This document shows, piece by piece, positions 26,030 through 39,070 of a stretch of 64,000 bases of DNA. Below the pieces are notes generated by a model. The model had not been told where the DNA came from. It ran no database searches and saw only the letters and a program-made list of their open reading frames with translations. Made by a program: the position numbers and the translations under genes. Source of the DNA: Chrysomallon squamiferum (Eukaryota > Animalia > Mollusca). The stretch spans positions 2,480,001 to 2,544,000 of the forward strand of contig CM022675.1 in the NCBI GenBank assembly GCA_012295275.1, written 5' to 3'. Positions within the stretch are counted from its first letter, which is position 1, and every line of letters starts with the position of its first letter.

Positions 26030-26490
26030 GGCACTGGCGCAGGGGGACACAATGAAATCAGGACTTCACAAACCCGTCAGATGCCGCTGACGAGACTCGA
26101 ATGTATGACACCCATTTACCCGCACTCCGAAGGCGGACGATGTAACTGTTCGGCCACCGGGACAACCTAAAAAAAGTTTAGTAACCGAGGTAATCATGGC
26201 TTCCCACGAAGCACGCCGTTATTTGAGTTTCGTCATTTTCCGTGCATCTATATTTTTATGGGAAAACTGGCACTGGCAAGTATATAGTTTTAGTAATTTT
26301 TAATATTCTCTGTCATTTGTACGTCTGAATAGACTCTGCACATAGACAGTATTCGGGAACGGACTGGCGCATGAGGAAAAAGTCAAATCACGACATCACA
26401 AACCCGTCAGATGCAGCTTACAAGACTAGAACGTATGGCACCCATTCACCCGCACTCCGAAAGCGAACTTAAACAACCGCTGCTAACAGA
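26030..26490 (-). mobile_element. Two tandem tRNA-derived SINE-like heads
   Basis: Minus strand GGTGGCCGAACAG (A-box-like) ... ATTCGAGTC (B-box-like) at 26030-26163; diverged second unit ~26360-26490; paralogs ~49760-50200. Confidence 0.55.
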
Positions 26491-27383
26491 CAGAGTGCAA
26501 TCATCGCTTACCCCGAAGACGCCGTTCTTTTTGTCTTTCGTCATTTCTGTATTGACTTACATTTTGTGGAAAACCTGGCACTGGTAGGTATGTGTTTTAG
26601 GATTTGAATGTACATTTACGGGAAAGTGTAAAAATACCTTCATTGACATACCATACATAAATATATCTAGATAGAGAAAGTGTACTCTCACATTTACAGA
26701 AGTGGAATACAAACTCACACTCAAGCACAAACACACACACACACACGGAAATTGAGATAGCAATAACATACATACAAACATATCGAAACTGTATACATAC
26801 ATTTGTTGACATATCATACATAAATATATCTAGAAACAGAGAGTATACTCCCACACTTACAAAACTAGAATATACACACAAACACACACGCAAATTGAGG
26901 TAGCATACATACAAACATATCGAAACTATATATCTATATGTATATGTATGTATGTGTGTATATAGAAAGGGTACATATACCAAATTGACGTATCACGCAT
27001 ACAAAATAAAAAAAAACTGTACTTATTAATTTTCGAAGTACTGTACATAAAATAATATTTAATGTTTACAGATACATTTATTGAAGTAACAAACATACAT
27101 ACCTACATATATAAAAGAAAGTCAACTGAACGTACCTTGTTTGTTGTAACACTTCAACTAAACCGCGACCCTCACCTACTCTGTGTTATCCGTTTTGAAA
27201 GAAACATAAAAATGAGTCCTAATAAAGGTCTTGCTCTATTTATATGGTAAGAAAAAAAAATCATTTCAATGCATGACCGATTTTATGTCAGATGTGTAGC
27301 TCATTTGTACAGAAAAATGTCTACTGTACAGAAAAATTTCATTTTTCTATTTTCTTCTTCTTCTTCTTCTTCTTCTTCTTCTT

Positions 27384-27443
<60 letters not shown>

Positions 27444-27814
27444 TTGTTTTTCTCCTGAGCCACTTATCTTGTAGATATTAATTCTAATACAATGAACTTA
27501 CTCTGAGTCAATAGTTACTATACATATCTCGGTATCATATAGGCGGGCTATGTTTGTTTATTTGTTTATTTATTTGTTTATTTATTTGTTTCTTTATTTA
27601 TTTATTTTATTTGTTTATTTATTTGTTTTCTTTATTTGCATGGTTCTTGTTTCGAAGGGGAATGGTTCAATCATTACTAAACTGCAACAATAAATACAAT
27701 ATTGCCAGTACTTCTACGGCTACTACTTCTATTACTGAAACCAGTATTGCTAGATATATTGTAAATGGTAATAACAAAATCACATCAGCAAAGACATCAA
27801 CAACAATAATAATA

Positions 27815-27975
27815 GAGTGGTATCTTGACTTACGAGTTTAATTCTTGACCGAGCTCGTATCTCAATTTGGTCGTATATCAAACCAATCTTCCAAACTGAT
27901 ATTAATTGAAATACGATTAACCCCCCCAAAAAACCCACACAAAAATACAACTATATTTTTTTGTTTATTTATTTA

Positions 27976-28033
<58 letters not shown>

Positions 28034-28404
28034 TTTATAACGTGCTTTTAAATAAGAAAACGTATTTATAAATGACAAATATTGGATATTAAAAAATAAA
28101 AAATTAAAGAGAATGTAAAGAAATAAATTGGTTTTGTAAATTATGTTAAAGTCTGTAGGTGCAGTTATAGCCTTTGTGGACTCCTTCAGCTTCACTATGG
28201 TAGTTGTCGTAGACGTACTACGCTCGCACTGCCTAGCCAAGTCGACTACGTGCACACCTCACTCATGTTTTTGTTTCTATGAATTCAAGCTTTAATTCAA
28301 AGGACACCATCAGCTTCTTCTTCTCGGCACTGCTCTTTCCAATCACTTTCTTAGGATCAGTGGAAACTCGTAAGTTGGGGTACTCGTAAGTTGAGGTACC
28401 ACGG
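27815..28404 (-). mobile_element. Non-autonomous Tigger/pogo element
   Basis: TA-flanked TIRs resembling CAGTGGTACCTCGACTTACGAG. The minus strand encodes a broken CENP-B-type HTH N-terminus: PKKV...KKKLMVSFELKLE...GVHVVDLARQCERSTST.IVK. Confidence 0.8.
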
Positions 28405-29153
28405 TATATGAATTCTATTACGGTTCAGATACATACTCCGTTTGTCGACCGAAATAGAATATATAGAGAATTCTTTTGAAGTTTTATTTATTTATTGTTA
28501 AGTTTCGACACATATATCGAAGGGCATTACCTCTATATCACTATTCTCGTACCGAAAAAGTATATATATTAGGTACTGTTTGTGGGTACTTACATATTTA
28601 CGTATGTATGTATCTGTCTGTATGTTGGATGTATGTTAGATCTGTTAATGCTTTTATATATATAATATATATATATATAGGCACACGATATGTTTGTGTT
28701 ATAGATTCTGGATGAATATGATATTTTGTGTGTGTGTGTGTGTGTGTGTATACATTTATATGTTTGAGTAAATACTCACATACATACTTTTATTTGTGTA
28801 TGTTTAAATAACAGTGTATTAACATACTTCAATACAAACGGTTTGGAGATGGCAGACGAAATGTCAGACATGTCTGTGTGCTACATTTTACGTTAAAAGC
28901 AACAAGATGAATTCGCCTTCTTGCTTTTTAAAACATCAAACAAAACGCTAAGTATGTATCACGGGTCATGCGTATCTGTGTTTCTGGTGCACTAGACGTC
29001 AGTGACTGTGCTTGAATACGTACCAGCCAAGCCCAGTGTCATTTTTATTTTCTTTCTTTTCTCATAAGCATTTAGCGATATCTGCGTCTTAAGCCTCCAG
29101 GGTAAAACTACAAGAATTGATGCATTATAAACATATGCGACCGAGTGTGTATA

Positions 29154-29215
<62 letters not shown>

Positions 29216-30309
29216 TGCATTTATGTGTTGATGTATATACTTGAGTAAAGGTGTGTATATATGTAGGTGTGTAAGTGCGTAAGTGTATGTTTGCGTATGT
29301 ATATATGTCTCTATGGATGTATGTGCATGCATGTGTGTATGTTAGTGTGAACATTCTTCTTATCGATACGAAACTTGATTTTATGTTCGTGGAGAAAAGC
29401 AAAACAAAAATAAAATAAATAGACAAATAAGTGGATACAGGGACAGATAGAAACATCGATAGATAGATGAATAAATACATAGATAGACAGAGAGAGAGGC
29501 ATTGCTCAGAAATGGGTTGAACAATATGAACAGATTAGTTTCTGACATGCATGTATGTAGTATGTACGTGTGTATGGATGTACATATCAATGTTGATATG
29601 AATATATGTATGTGTGTGTGAGCGTGTATGTGTGCGTGTGTTTACAGAGACGTATACAAATAGTATGTATATACATATAAATATATATATTTATATCTAC
29701 GTTAATATGTTCATCCACACACACAGATATGCTACAAAAACACACACCACACAGACACCCAAAATCACATATATATATACGGACACTCCAACACTAATAA
29801 CAAAAAACATGATGAATAAACAATAAAAATACTAAATGTAAAACTATTGTTTAAAATATATATTAACGTGCACGAGTTAAACAAATTGCAGAAAAATGTT
29901 TACGATAATATTTATATACAATTAACAGCTACCCTTTTATTCTGAACAGTTTGTACACCATTCATCTGAAAATACAAGTTCATGTCACACCCTAACACCC
30001 GCAGAGATAACATCTATCTCCATGACTTGCACTTCTTCTACGCTTGTGAAACAGTATTAGAGCGTCTTTCAAAACAGTCTCTGACAGCTTTTAGAATGTG
30101 AGATCATACGACATGATATCGAAATGTTCGTTACTTTTAGCTTAACAAAAGAAAACTTGCGATATGAAGATTAATTTCACATCGTCATTTATTTTGAAAG
30201 TCTTCCAGTGTAGTATCTGAAAGCTCTCACAATCTGTGTAGATGGTATATTATTATTATTATTATTGTTATTATTATTATTATTATTACTATTAGTACTA
30301 TTGTTGTAT

Positions 30310-31090
30310 GGAAACTCGTAAGCTGGGGTACTCGTAAGTCGAGGTACCACTGTATATGAATTCAATTATGATTCGGATACACAGTCCGTGTGTCCACCGC
30401 AATAGAATATAAAATATATAGAAAAGTAAGTTTTATTTATTGATTTATTTATTTAATTATTTATTTGTTTGTTTGTTTGTTTGTTTGTTTGTTTATTTTT
30501 TTTATTTGTTTGTTTCTTTGTTTATTTATTTATTTGTTTGTTTGTTTATTTGTTTGTTTATTTATTTATTGTTAAGTTATGAAACATATACGGAAGGGTA
30601 TTATCTCGAAAAAGTATATATATTAGGTACTGTCTATGTGTACTTACATTTTTATGTATGTATGTATGTGTATCTCTGCATGTATGTATACATCTGTGAA
30701 TTCTTATATATAATATATAAACGCACATGTTATGTTTTTGTGTTAGAGTTTGCGGATAGGTGTGAATATATTTATATGTGTGTGTCTGTGTGTGTGTATG
30801 TGACTGTGTGTGTGTGTACATTTATATTTTTGTGTAAATACTTACATATATAATTTTATCTGTTTATGTATTATTATACTTCAATACAAACTTTGTGGAG
30901 ATGGCAGACATGTCTGTGTGCTACATTTAACATTAAAAGCAACAAGATGGATTCGCCTTCTTGCTTTTTAAAACATCAAACAAAACACTAAGTATGTATC
31001 ACGGGTCATGCGTATCTGTGTTTCTGGAGCACTAGACGTCAGTGACTGTGCTTGAATACGTACCAGCCAAGACCGGTTTCATTTCTATTC
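30310..31090. repeat. Local duplicate of ~28365-29050 beginning with a solo Tigger TIR
   Basis: GAAACTCGTAAG...GAGGTACCACTGTA at ~30311-30354, followed by sequence matching 28405-29045. Confidence 0.7.
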
Positions 31091-31304
31091 TATTTTAGTG
31101 ATGTATGACAAGTGAAGGAAAACAGCGAGTGATGTTGTGAGAGTGGAGTACTAGTCTAGATGTGCAGTGATGTGTTACACGTGTTTGAACAGGTTTGTGA
31201 TATTATTCAGAGAGATGTCAAACCAGTTATCTCGTTTTTTAATCTTTTTTTTTAGTAAAAACTTCTCAAGACTTTTAGCGTCTTTTATCTTAAATAAAAA
31301 ATAC

Positions 31305-31358
<54 letters not shown>

Positions 31359-32398
31359 TAAAAATAAAATAAAAAGGAAAATATTATAGAAGCACATACA
31401 CTAGAATGAATAAATAAAGAGAGAAAGAAAGGAGGAAAGAGAGAAAGAACGAAATAATTTCAGTATATAAAAGGCCGAGATTTATTCATAAAAGACATCG
31501 CTTGCAGTAAATTATTGATCGCTCCGTTCTATTTTGTCTACGAAAACACAAACAAACATATATAGAGACACGCCAACAATAATAATAAAAAGATGATGAA
31601 TAAATAAAAACATTACTAAAAGTAAACTATTATTTAAAAATATATTAATTGCATGAGTTAAACAGATTGCAGAAACATATTTACGATAGTATTTCTCAGA
31701 CATGATAAAGACGTTTAAAAAAGAATGTAACTGAATGTGGCGTGATATGCACTTGCAGGGTCGTATATAAATAGTTTATACTAAACTAGCTACCATCATC
31801 AAATAAATTTATAACAGATAAACTGCCTAGAGATATAATTAACAACTACCCTTTTTTTCATCAAACAAATAAAATTCATCTAAAAATACAACAGATAACA
31901 CTGCCTTAGAGAGATATAATTAACAACTACCCTTTTATTCTTTGAAAACACAGTGATATGAAAGACTATTTCTTTTTTCTGTCTGAAAAAAATACATCAT
32001 TTATTTTGAAAGCCATTGTGTAGTATCCCTAACAATCCTTAGATGGATTAACATTTGGTATTATTTTTATCATTTATTACAAACAGACAAATATGCACAC
32101 ACAAAACCCCCCAGAAAATAATGACATTTAAGTTAAAAGCATCAACAAAACAAAAATATAAATAATAACTGATAAACTAAAATATGCTGAACAAGCGAGT
32201 GAAAAACGCATCATGGAAGGCGTGTAATAGTGTAGATGAGCAGTGAGGCATCGCCAGTGTGTTTGTATTAGTTCACTACAATAATCTAGTCAAACGTTGT
32301 GAAACTAATTTTCTTAATACTTTCTTCAAAACAGTTTTAAATTTCATTCACAAAATATATGCTGTTTTTACCGTAAAATATTAATGCAATAAAAAAAT

Positions 32399-32455
<57 letters not shown>

Positions 32456-32964
32456 TACACAATACAAGCCAACAAACAGCAAGCCATACACGATCAGTGA
32501 AGCATTTTCGTAGCGATGTCTCGATGTAAAACTGCTTGTATGTCAAACGAAAGCTACAAGAGTTCGATGTATTATTATCTACACACAAATGTGAAACTTA
32601 CTCTCGTAACGCCTGGATGAGTTTAGTCAATCTGAGGACGATGTTTTAGTCTCTTTTCTTAATATTTTCTTAAACGCAAATAAAATATCACTGTAAATAG
32701 ACAAGTGTGAGAAATATAGCCAGTGTGGTAAGTAGAATGAAAATGAAATACATTAGAGAGGAAAATGTCAAGATATCCGTCACACCCAACTGACTGATAG
32801 TGAATGTTTGATTTTACTTTAATTGTATTTATATCAGCATTGATGGCGAACTGCAATAGTACTAATAGTAGCAATAGTAGTAGTCTTAATAGTAGTGGTA
32901 GTAGTAGTGGTAGCAGTACTAGTAGTAATAATAATAATAATCATAGCAATATTAGTAGTCTTAA

Positions 32965-32996
<32 letters not shown>

Positions 32997-33096
32997 CTAG
33001 CAGTAGTAGTGGTAACAGTAGTAGTAGTTATAATAGTAGTAGTAGTCGTAGCAGTAGTAGTAGTAGCAGTAGTAGTAGTGGTAGTAGTAGTAATAA

Positions 33097-33171
<75 letters not shown>

Positions 33172-33572
33172 GTAGTAGTAGTGGTAGTAGTAGTAGTGGT
33201 AGTAGTAACTTCATTAGTATTTTAATTCTTCCTTTTTATAATTTTATTTTCTTCTGTTGTTTTAAATTTTGTTTAAGAGAGAAGTTAATACTTTACATTC
33301 ATATTTTTTATTTGTGTTTAAGATAATATTAAAAAAAGAGAGTAAAACATCGTCCTAAGAGTGCATAAATTCATCCCAGTGTTAAAATTGTAAGTCTCTC
33401 ATTTGTGTGTATATAATAATAGTTGGATTGTTGTATCTTTTTGTTAGACAAACAAACAGTTTTACCCCGAGACATCAAACCTATACTACAAATGAATTAT
33501 CTGTACATTTTATGATAATGATCATTTTTAACTTTTTAATTATTATTGCTGTTGTTGTTGTTATTATTATTA

Positions 33573-33651
<79 letters not shown>

Positions 33652-33992
33652 TTTGTCCGAATTAATAATCAAACCAAACATACCTAAGTACATTATAATT
33701 CCAGCTTGGTAAATAGTTACAGAATAGACTAATGTTATAAATAGGCAGATGAATGCGAACATTCACTGAACTTTTGGTGGCATCTTAACCCGTGACAGCA
33801 CGACCAATGAGCAACGACTACACATCATGATTTGATATCATAGTTTGATCATCATAATTGTACAAGATTATATTGACATTGATCTATAAGTACTTAATTA
33901 AGTAGTGAAAATGTAATTTCATTGAGTAGTTAAAAACTTACTAACTGTGGCAAAAATGTAGTATAGGCATTCAAGGGTTTTAATGTAAATGT

Positions 33993-34032
<40 letters not shown>

Positions 34033-34676
34033 CACTTAAACTATGAATTTCAAAAGCCTAGGTTTGTTTTTCAATATCTTCAGATAGTCTGACAGCGAAA
34101 TTATTTATTTATTTATTTATTCATCTCAATAAAGCCATCCTTTAATGAAATAAAATTAGAAACAAATGTTATTATCTGATACATGTTACATTGATGATTC
34201 TGTATTATTTTACTGAAACGTGAAAAGTGAAAAAATAGTGTTTTTGTGTGTTTGTGTTTTTATGTGTGTCCTTTATTCTATTTCGCATATTACTTATTTT
34301 TATTAGTTATTATATTGTACTTCCATTATTCTTTTCAGATAAAAGTAGATAAAACTATTCTGAGGAAAACATTAAGTAAATAATAAACATATCTGAGCAT
34401 AAAAACACGAGCAATGGATACTTGCACTCAGCTGTGACGACAGTAGTCTCCCTTGTTATGTCTAGACAGATATTTAGTTTAGTTTTATCTGTTGTTAAAC
34501 GTAGCAACAAACATGTCTGCCTTTTTCTTGACATCTCTAAGCGGATCTTTGTTTTAGTAAATTAATTCACAGTTGTCATTTCTCTTTAATGCTGCACATA
34601 TAGAGGTAAACTGCTAGTACAAATACTAGTAATAATAATAACAATAATGATAATAACAACAATATTAATAATAAAA

Positions 34677-34689
<13 letters not shown>

Positions 34690-34707
<18 letters not shown>

Positions 34708-35308
34708 TTGCTATTCGTTCAGTTGCTGCTGCTGGTAATAATAATACTCCTACTACTACCACGACAACTGTTATTGTACTGTTACACTTGATGGTAATGG
34801 ACGAAAAACACTTCTTGAATGATTTCACTATAAGTGTGTGTATTGACAATATTAAACTGGAGAAAAAAATAAGTTGAAAAATCAGCGATAGAGTAACACC
34901 AGAGATAAAACTGAATAGAGAAATTAAATAGAAGACAAATTCTTTTTTTTTAAACTATTCATAATTTTCATCAGTAACGGTATAAAACAATATCACTTGA
35001 CATCAATTGATTCTCTGCAGTCTTTACTGATAGCTCGTTGTGTAAGTACAGTAATCTAAACTAGAAAACAGTAAGGAAAAACATCGTTATATGCATGAAG
35101 TAATATGATAATTACAACAAGAACCTTCATCTTGGAAATAGCAGGAAAAAAGCTTTTCTTCTGACATGAATTTATACAACAAGCCGAATACCCCGAATAT
35201 TGTATTAATAATAATTATAAAAACATTAAATAAATCTCAAATAATATCTACGACATATTACAGAAAATAAACTACATGAGATGCACACCAATATGCTTTA
35301 TTCAAACT

Positions 35309-35385
<77 letters not shown>

Positions 35386-35493
35386 AAATACTAATAAATG
35401 AATTAAAATAAAATAAAAATATGAATCCAGCTACAGGAATAGGAAAGGAAGCAACAATAAAAAAAAGAAAATAAAATAAAACTAAATGCAAAC

Positions 35494-35561
<68 letters not shown>

Positions 35562-36318
35562 CGAATCATGCCAAACGAAATGAAAAACAAGCAAAAAAAA
35601 AAAAAAAAAAAAAAAAGAAAGAAAGGTATAACAGAAATGAATGCATAAACAATAAAACAGTTAGAATTTAAAAAGAAATGGAATAAAATAAATAATAATA
35701 ATAATAATAATAATATTGCTATTCGTTCAGTTGCTGCTGCTGGTAATAATAATACTCCTACTACTACCACGACAACTGTTATTGTACTGTTACACTTGAT
35801 GGTAATGGACGAAAAACACTTCTTGAATGATTTCACTATAAGTGTGTGTATTGACAATATTAAACTGGAGAAAAAATAAGTTGAAAAATCAGCGATAGAG
35901 TAACACCAGAGATAAAACTGAATAGAGAAATTAAATAGAAGACAAATTCTTTTTTTTTAAACTATTCATAATTTTCATCAGTAACGGTATAAAACAATAT
36001 CACTTGACATCAATTGATTCTCTGCAGTCTTTACTGATAGCTCGTTGTGTAAGTACAGTAATCTAAACTAGAAAACAGTAAGGAAAAACATCGTTATATG
36101 CATGAAGTAATATGATAATTACAACAAGAACCTTCATCTTGGAAATAGCAGGAAAAAGCTTTTCTTCTGACATGAATTTATACAACAAGCCGAATACCCC
36201 GAATATTGTATTAATAATAATTATAAAAACATTAAATAAATCTCAAATAATATCTACGACATATTACAGAAAATAAACTACATGAGATGCACACCAATAT
36301 GCTTTATTCAAACTATTG

Positions 36319-36378
<60 letters not shown>

Positions 36379-36486
36379 AAATACTAATAAATGAATTAAA
36401 ATAAATAAAAAATATGAATCCAGCTACAGGAATAGGAAAGGAAGCAACAATAAAAAAAAGAAAATAAAATAAAACTAAATGCAAAC

Positions 36487-36560
<74 letters not shown>

Positions 36561-36689
36561 CGAATCATGCCAAACGAAATGAAAAACAAGCAAGAAAAAA
36601 GAAAAAAAGAAAAAAGAAAGAAAGGTATAACAGAAATGAATGCATAAACAATAAAACAGTTAGAATTTAAAAAGAAATGGAATAAAATA

Positions 36690-36725
<36 letters not shown>
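34690..36725. repeat. ~1-kb direct tandem duplication downstream of the B stop codon
   Basis: 34700-35710 is repeated at 35710-36720; junctions fall in (AAT)n tracts; single-copy in C and D. Confidence 0.85.
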
Positions 36726-36727
<2 letters not shown>

Positions 36728-36944
36728 TCTGAAAACAGAAAGAAAGAAAGAAAAAGAAAGAAAAAGGAAGACAAATAATTAGCAAAACGTAATGTAGTTA
36801 GTGAAATATACTAAAGCGAAGACGAATTTTAAACAAAAGCAATTTTATCTAAAAGTATAAACAGTTTTCAACTTCAGTTCGGTACTAATGTATATGAAAT
36901 ATTTGTCAAGTTCACTAAATGTCATGTTTGTTGACATATTCATT

Positions 36945-37111
36945 TTACTGATTGGACTTTTTCTTCCTGTTAAAACTCAGGAAGACGACCACCACAATCC
37001 CAATGACAAGTGAGAAGATGATCACCATGACAACACAGAGAACAATCAGAATCGTGGTGTTGATACCAAGTTGATCAGATCCATGTTCTTCACCTGATGT
37101 CTGTGAGATAC
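36945..37111 (-). CDS. Copy B terminal exon: transmembrane helix and short basic tail
   Basis: TILIVLCVVMVIIFSLVIGIVVVVFLSFNRKKKSNQ*. Confidence 0.9.
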
Positions 37112-37743
37112 CTAGAATGTAGTACATTGTCAAATGTCAGATTTTTGGAAACGTTATTGCAGCTAATATACATATGAAATAAAATCTCCATTTAACTGTT
37201 TGTTTAATGTATATGAAAGAAAATCTCTATTCAACTGTTTGTTTAATATCACAAGACGAATCGCAAATACGATTAAAATTAAAGAAAACAAATAAACTCA
37301 CGCGGTGTTCGATCTTCTACAATCACGTCCAGGACAGTGAATGTCTTTCTGACAAGTTCATCAGACGTTTCCGCCGATCTTCGTTTTCTTCCAGACTCTG
37401 CCTTCTCGTTGTAGTCCACCTGAAATTAAAAATATGAATGTGAAATTTGATTGTCTGATTTCTGATTTTGCGGAAAACGTTGAAAATTTCTCCATCTTGA
37501 AACAAATATCTCCATCAAGACAATGAAATAATAATAACAATAATAATTATAATAATAACAACAATAATAGTAATAGTAATAAAAAATAATATAAATCAAC
37601 AACATCGAAATGACTGTTGTCTCCAAGTATTGTTAGTAAGGTAATCATAATTATTTATATTTCCCTTTACTGAACACATTGCGTAAAATCCTTGAATCAC
37701 GAAACAATAAATAAATAAATATATAAATTAACTAATTAATAAC

Positions 37744-37793
<50 letters not shown>

Positions 37794-39025
37794 CTTTAGT
37801 ACAACCAACGTTAAAGTTTGATTAGAAATTTTAAAACTTACAGGGTCGCACTGAGATTTTTGACCTGGAGGACAAACTTTGACAGAACATTTTGTAGAGA
37901 CTGCGTTGTTTTTGTTAAAGGTGAAAGCTTTCAACTTGAATGTGACGTTGTTTCCAGATCTTTCAGGTTCCTGTATCATCAGTTTACCAATCTCAGACGA
38001 AGGACAGCTGAAGAAAGAAACACAATTATAAACTAGTCACAACTAAACGTCATTTCTGTTTGAGTATTATAAGCTACATCGTTCTGATTAAACAGGTGAT
38101 GTGATAAAATGCAGATTGTATAATTATAACTTTGTACGCTGATGTTACTTTGATGACTGGATGACTGATAACACAGGATTGATTATATTGTTAAATGATA
38201 CTATTTCAATAAACATCGAGTCAACCTTTAAATGAAGACATTGTTTTCACGGAATAGAAGTCTTACTGTTGAACCATGTCGGTGAAGTTAATTCTAAGAC
38301 TATTTTATACATATGAATAATTATTATATTCTTACGGAAAAATGAAATCCTAGAAATAGTCATTCCTTCCTCAACACAAGTAATATCCATATTTCTATTT
38401 GCGGCTAAGGAAGTATTACACTCTAAATAGGTTTAAAAATAAAATATTACCTGTTTTCAATGATTTTCAAAGTTTCACTATCGTCTCCAGTTTTCTGATT
38501 ATCTGCAGTGCATGATTCTATTCTGAGGGTGCCTGATTCTGTCTCTGTTCAAAATATAATAGAATATTACAATTTGTAAATGCTGTTATCAAAAAACAAA
38601 TTGTGTTCTTTGCTAGAATTAGTATTATTTAAAAATCAAGTTTTATTGAAAGCTTTGTAAATATAATAGTGTTGTATCTCTGGAGTTAAATAACGTTAGC
38701 TAGTATCTAAATTTGAACACGTTACTACGAGTTAACACTATTCCATTCAACTCTCATTTCTGTGTTATTCTGATTGGTCATATTCAAAGAAAATAATGGA
38801 AGATTTTTGAATATGTTAATATATAGTGACTGACACAAATATATTTACAGAGGAAACAAATATTTAATGTTTTTTTTCTTCTTCGTTTTTATAAACAAAC
38901 TTTCCTACGAGAAAAAACAAAACAAAAGTGTTTCATATTTCCATTAATTATTTTAAAATTCATTCAATTAATAATATGGTACTAAAATTCATACATGCGT
39001 TTCTGTTCTCTCTTTTTCTTTAATA

Positions 39026-39070
<45 letters not shown>

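Noticed and set aside
26030-26163. Functional tRNA gene
   Set aside because: A/B-box-like motifs are present, but I could not build a convincing cloverleaf and the paralogs are deleted or diverged. Treated as SINE-like.
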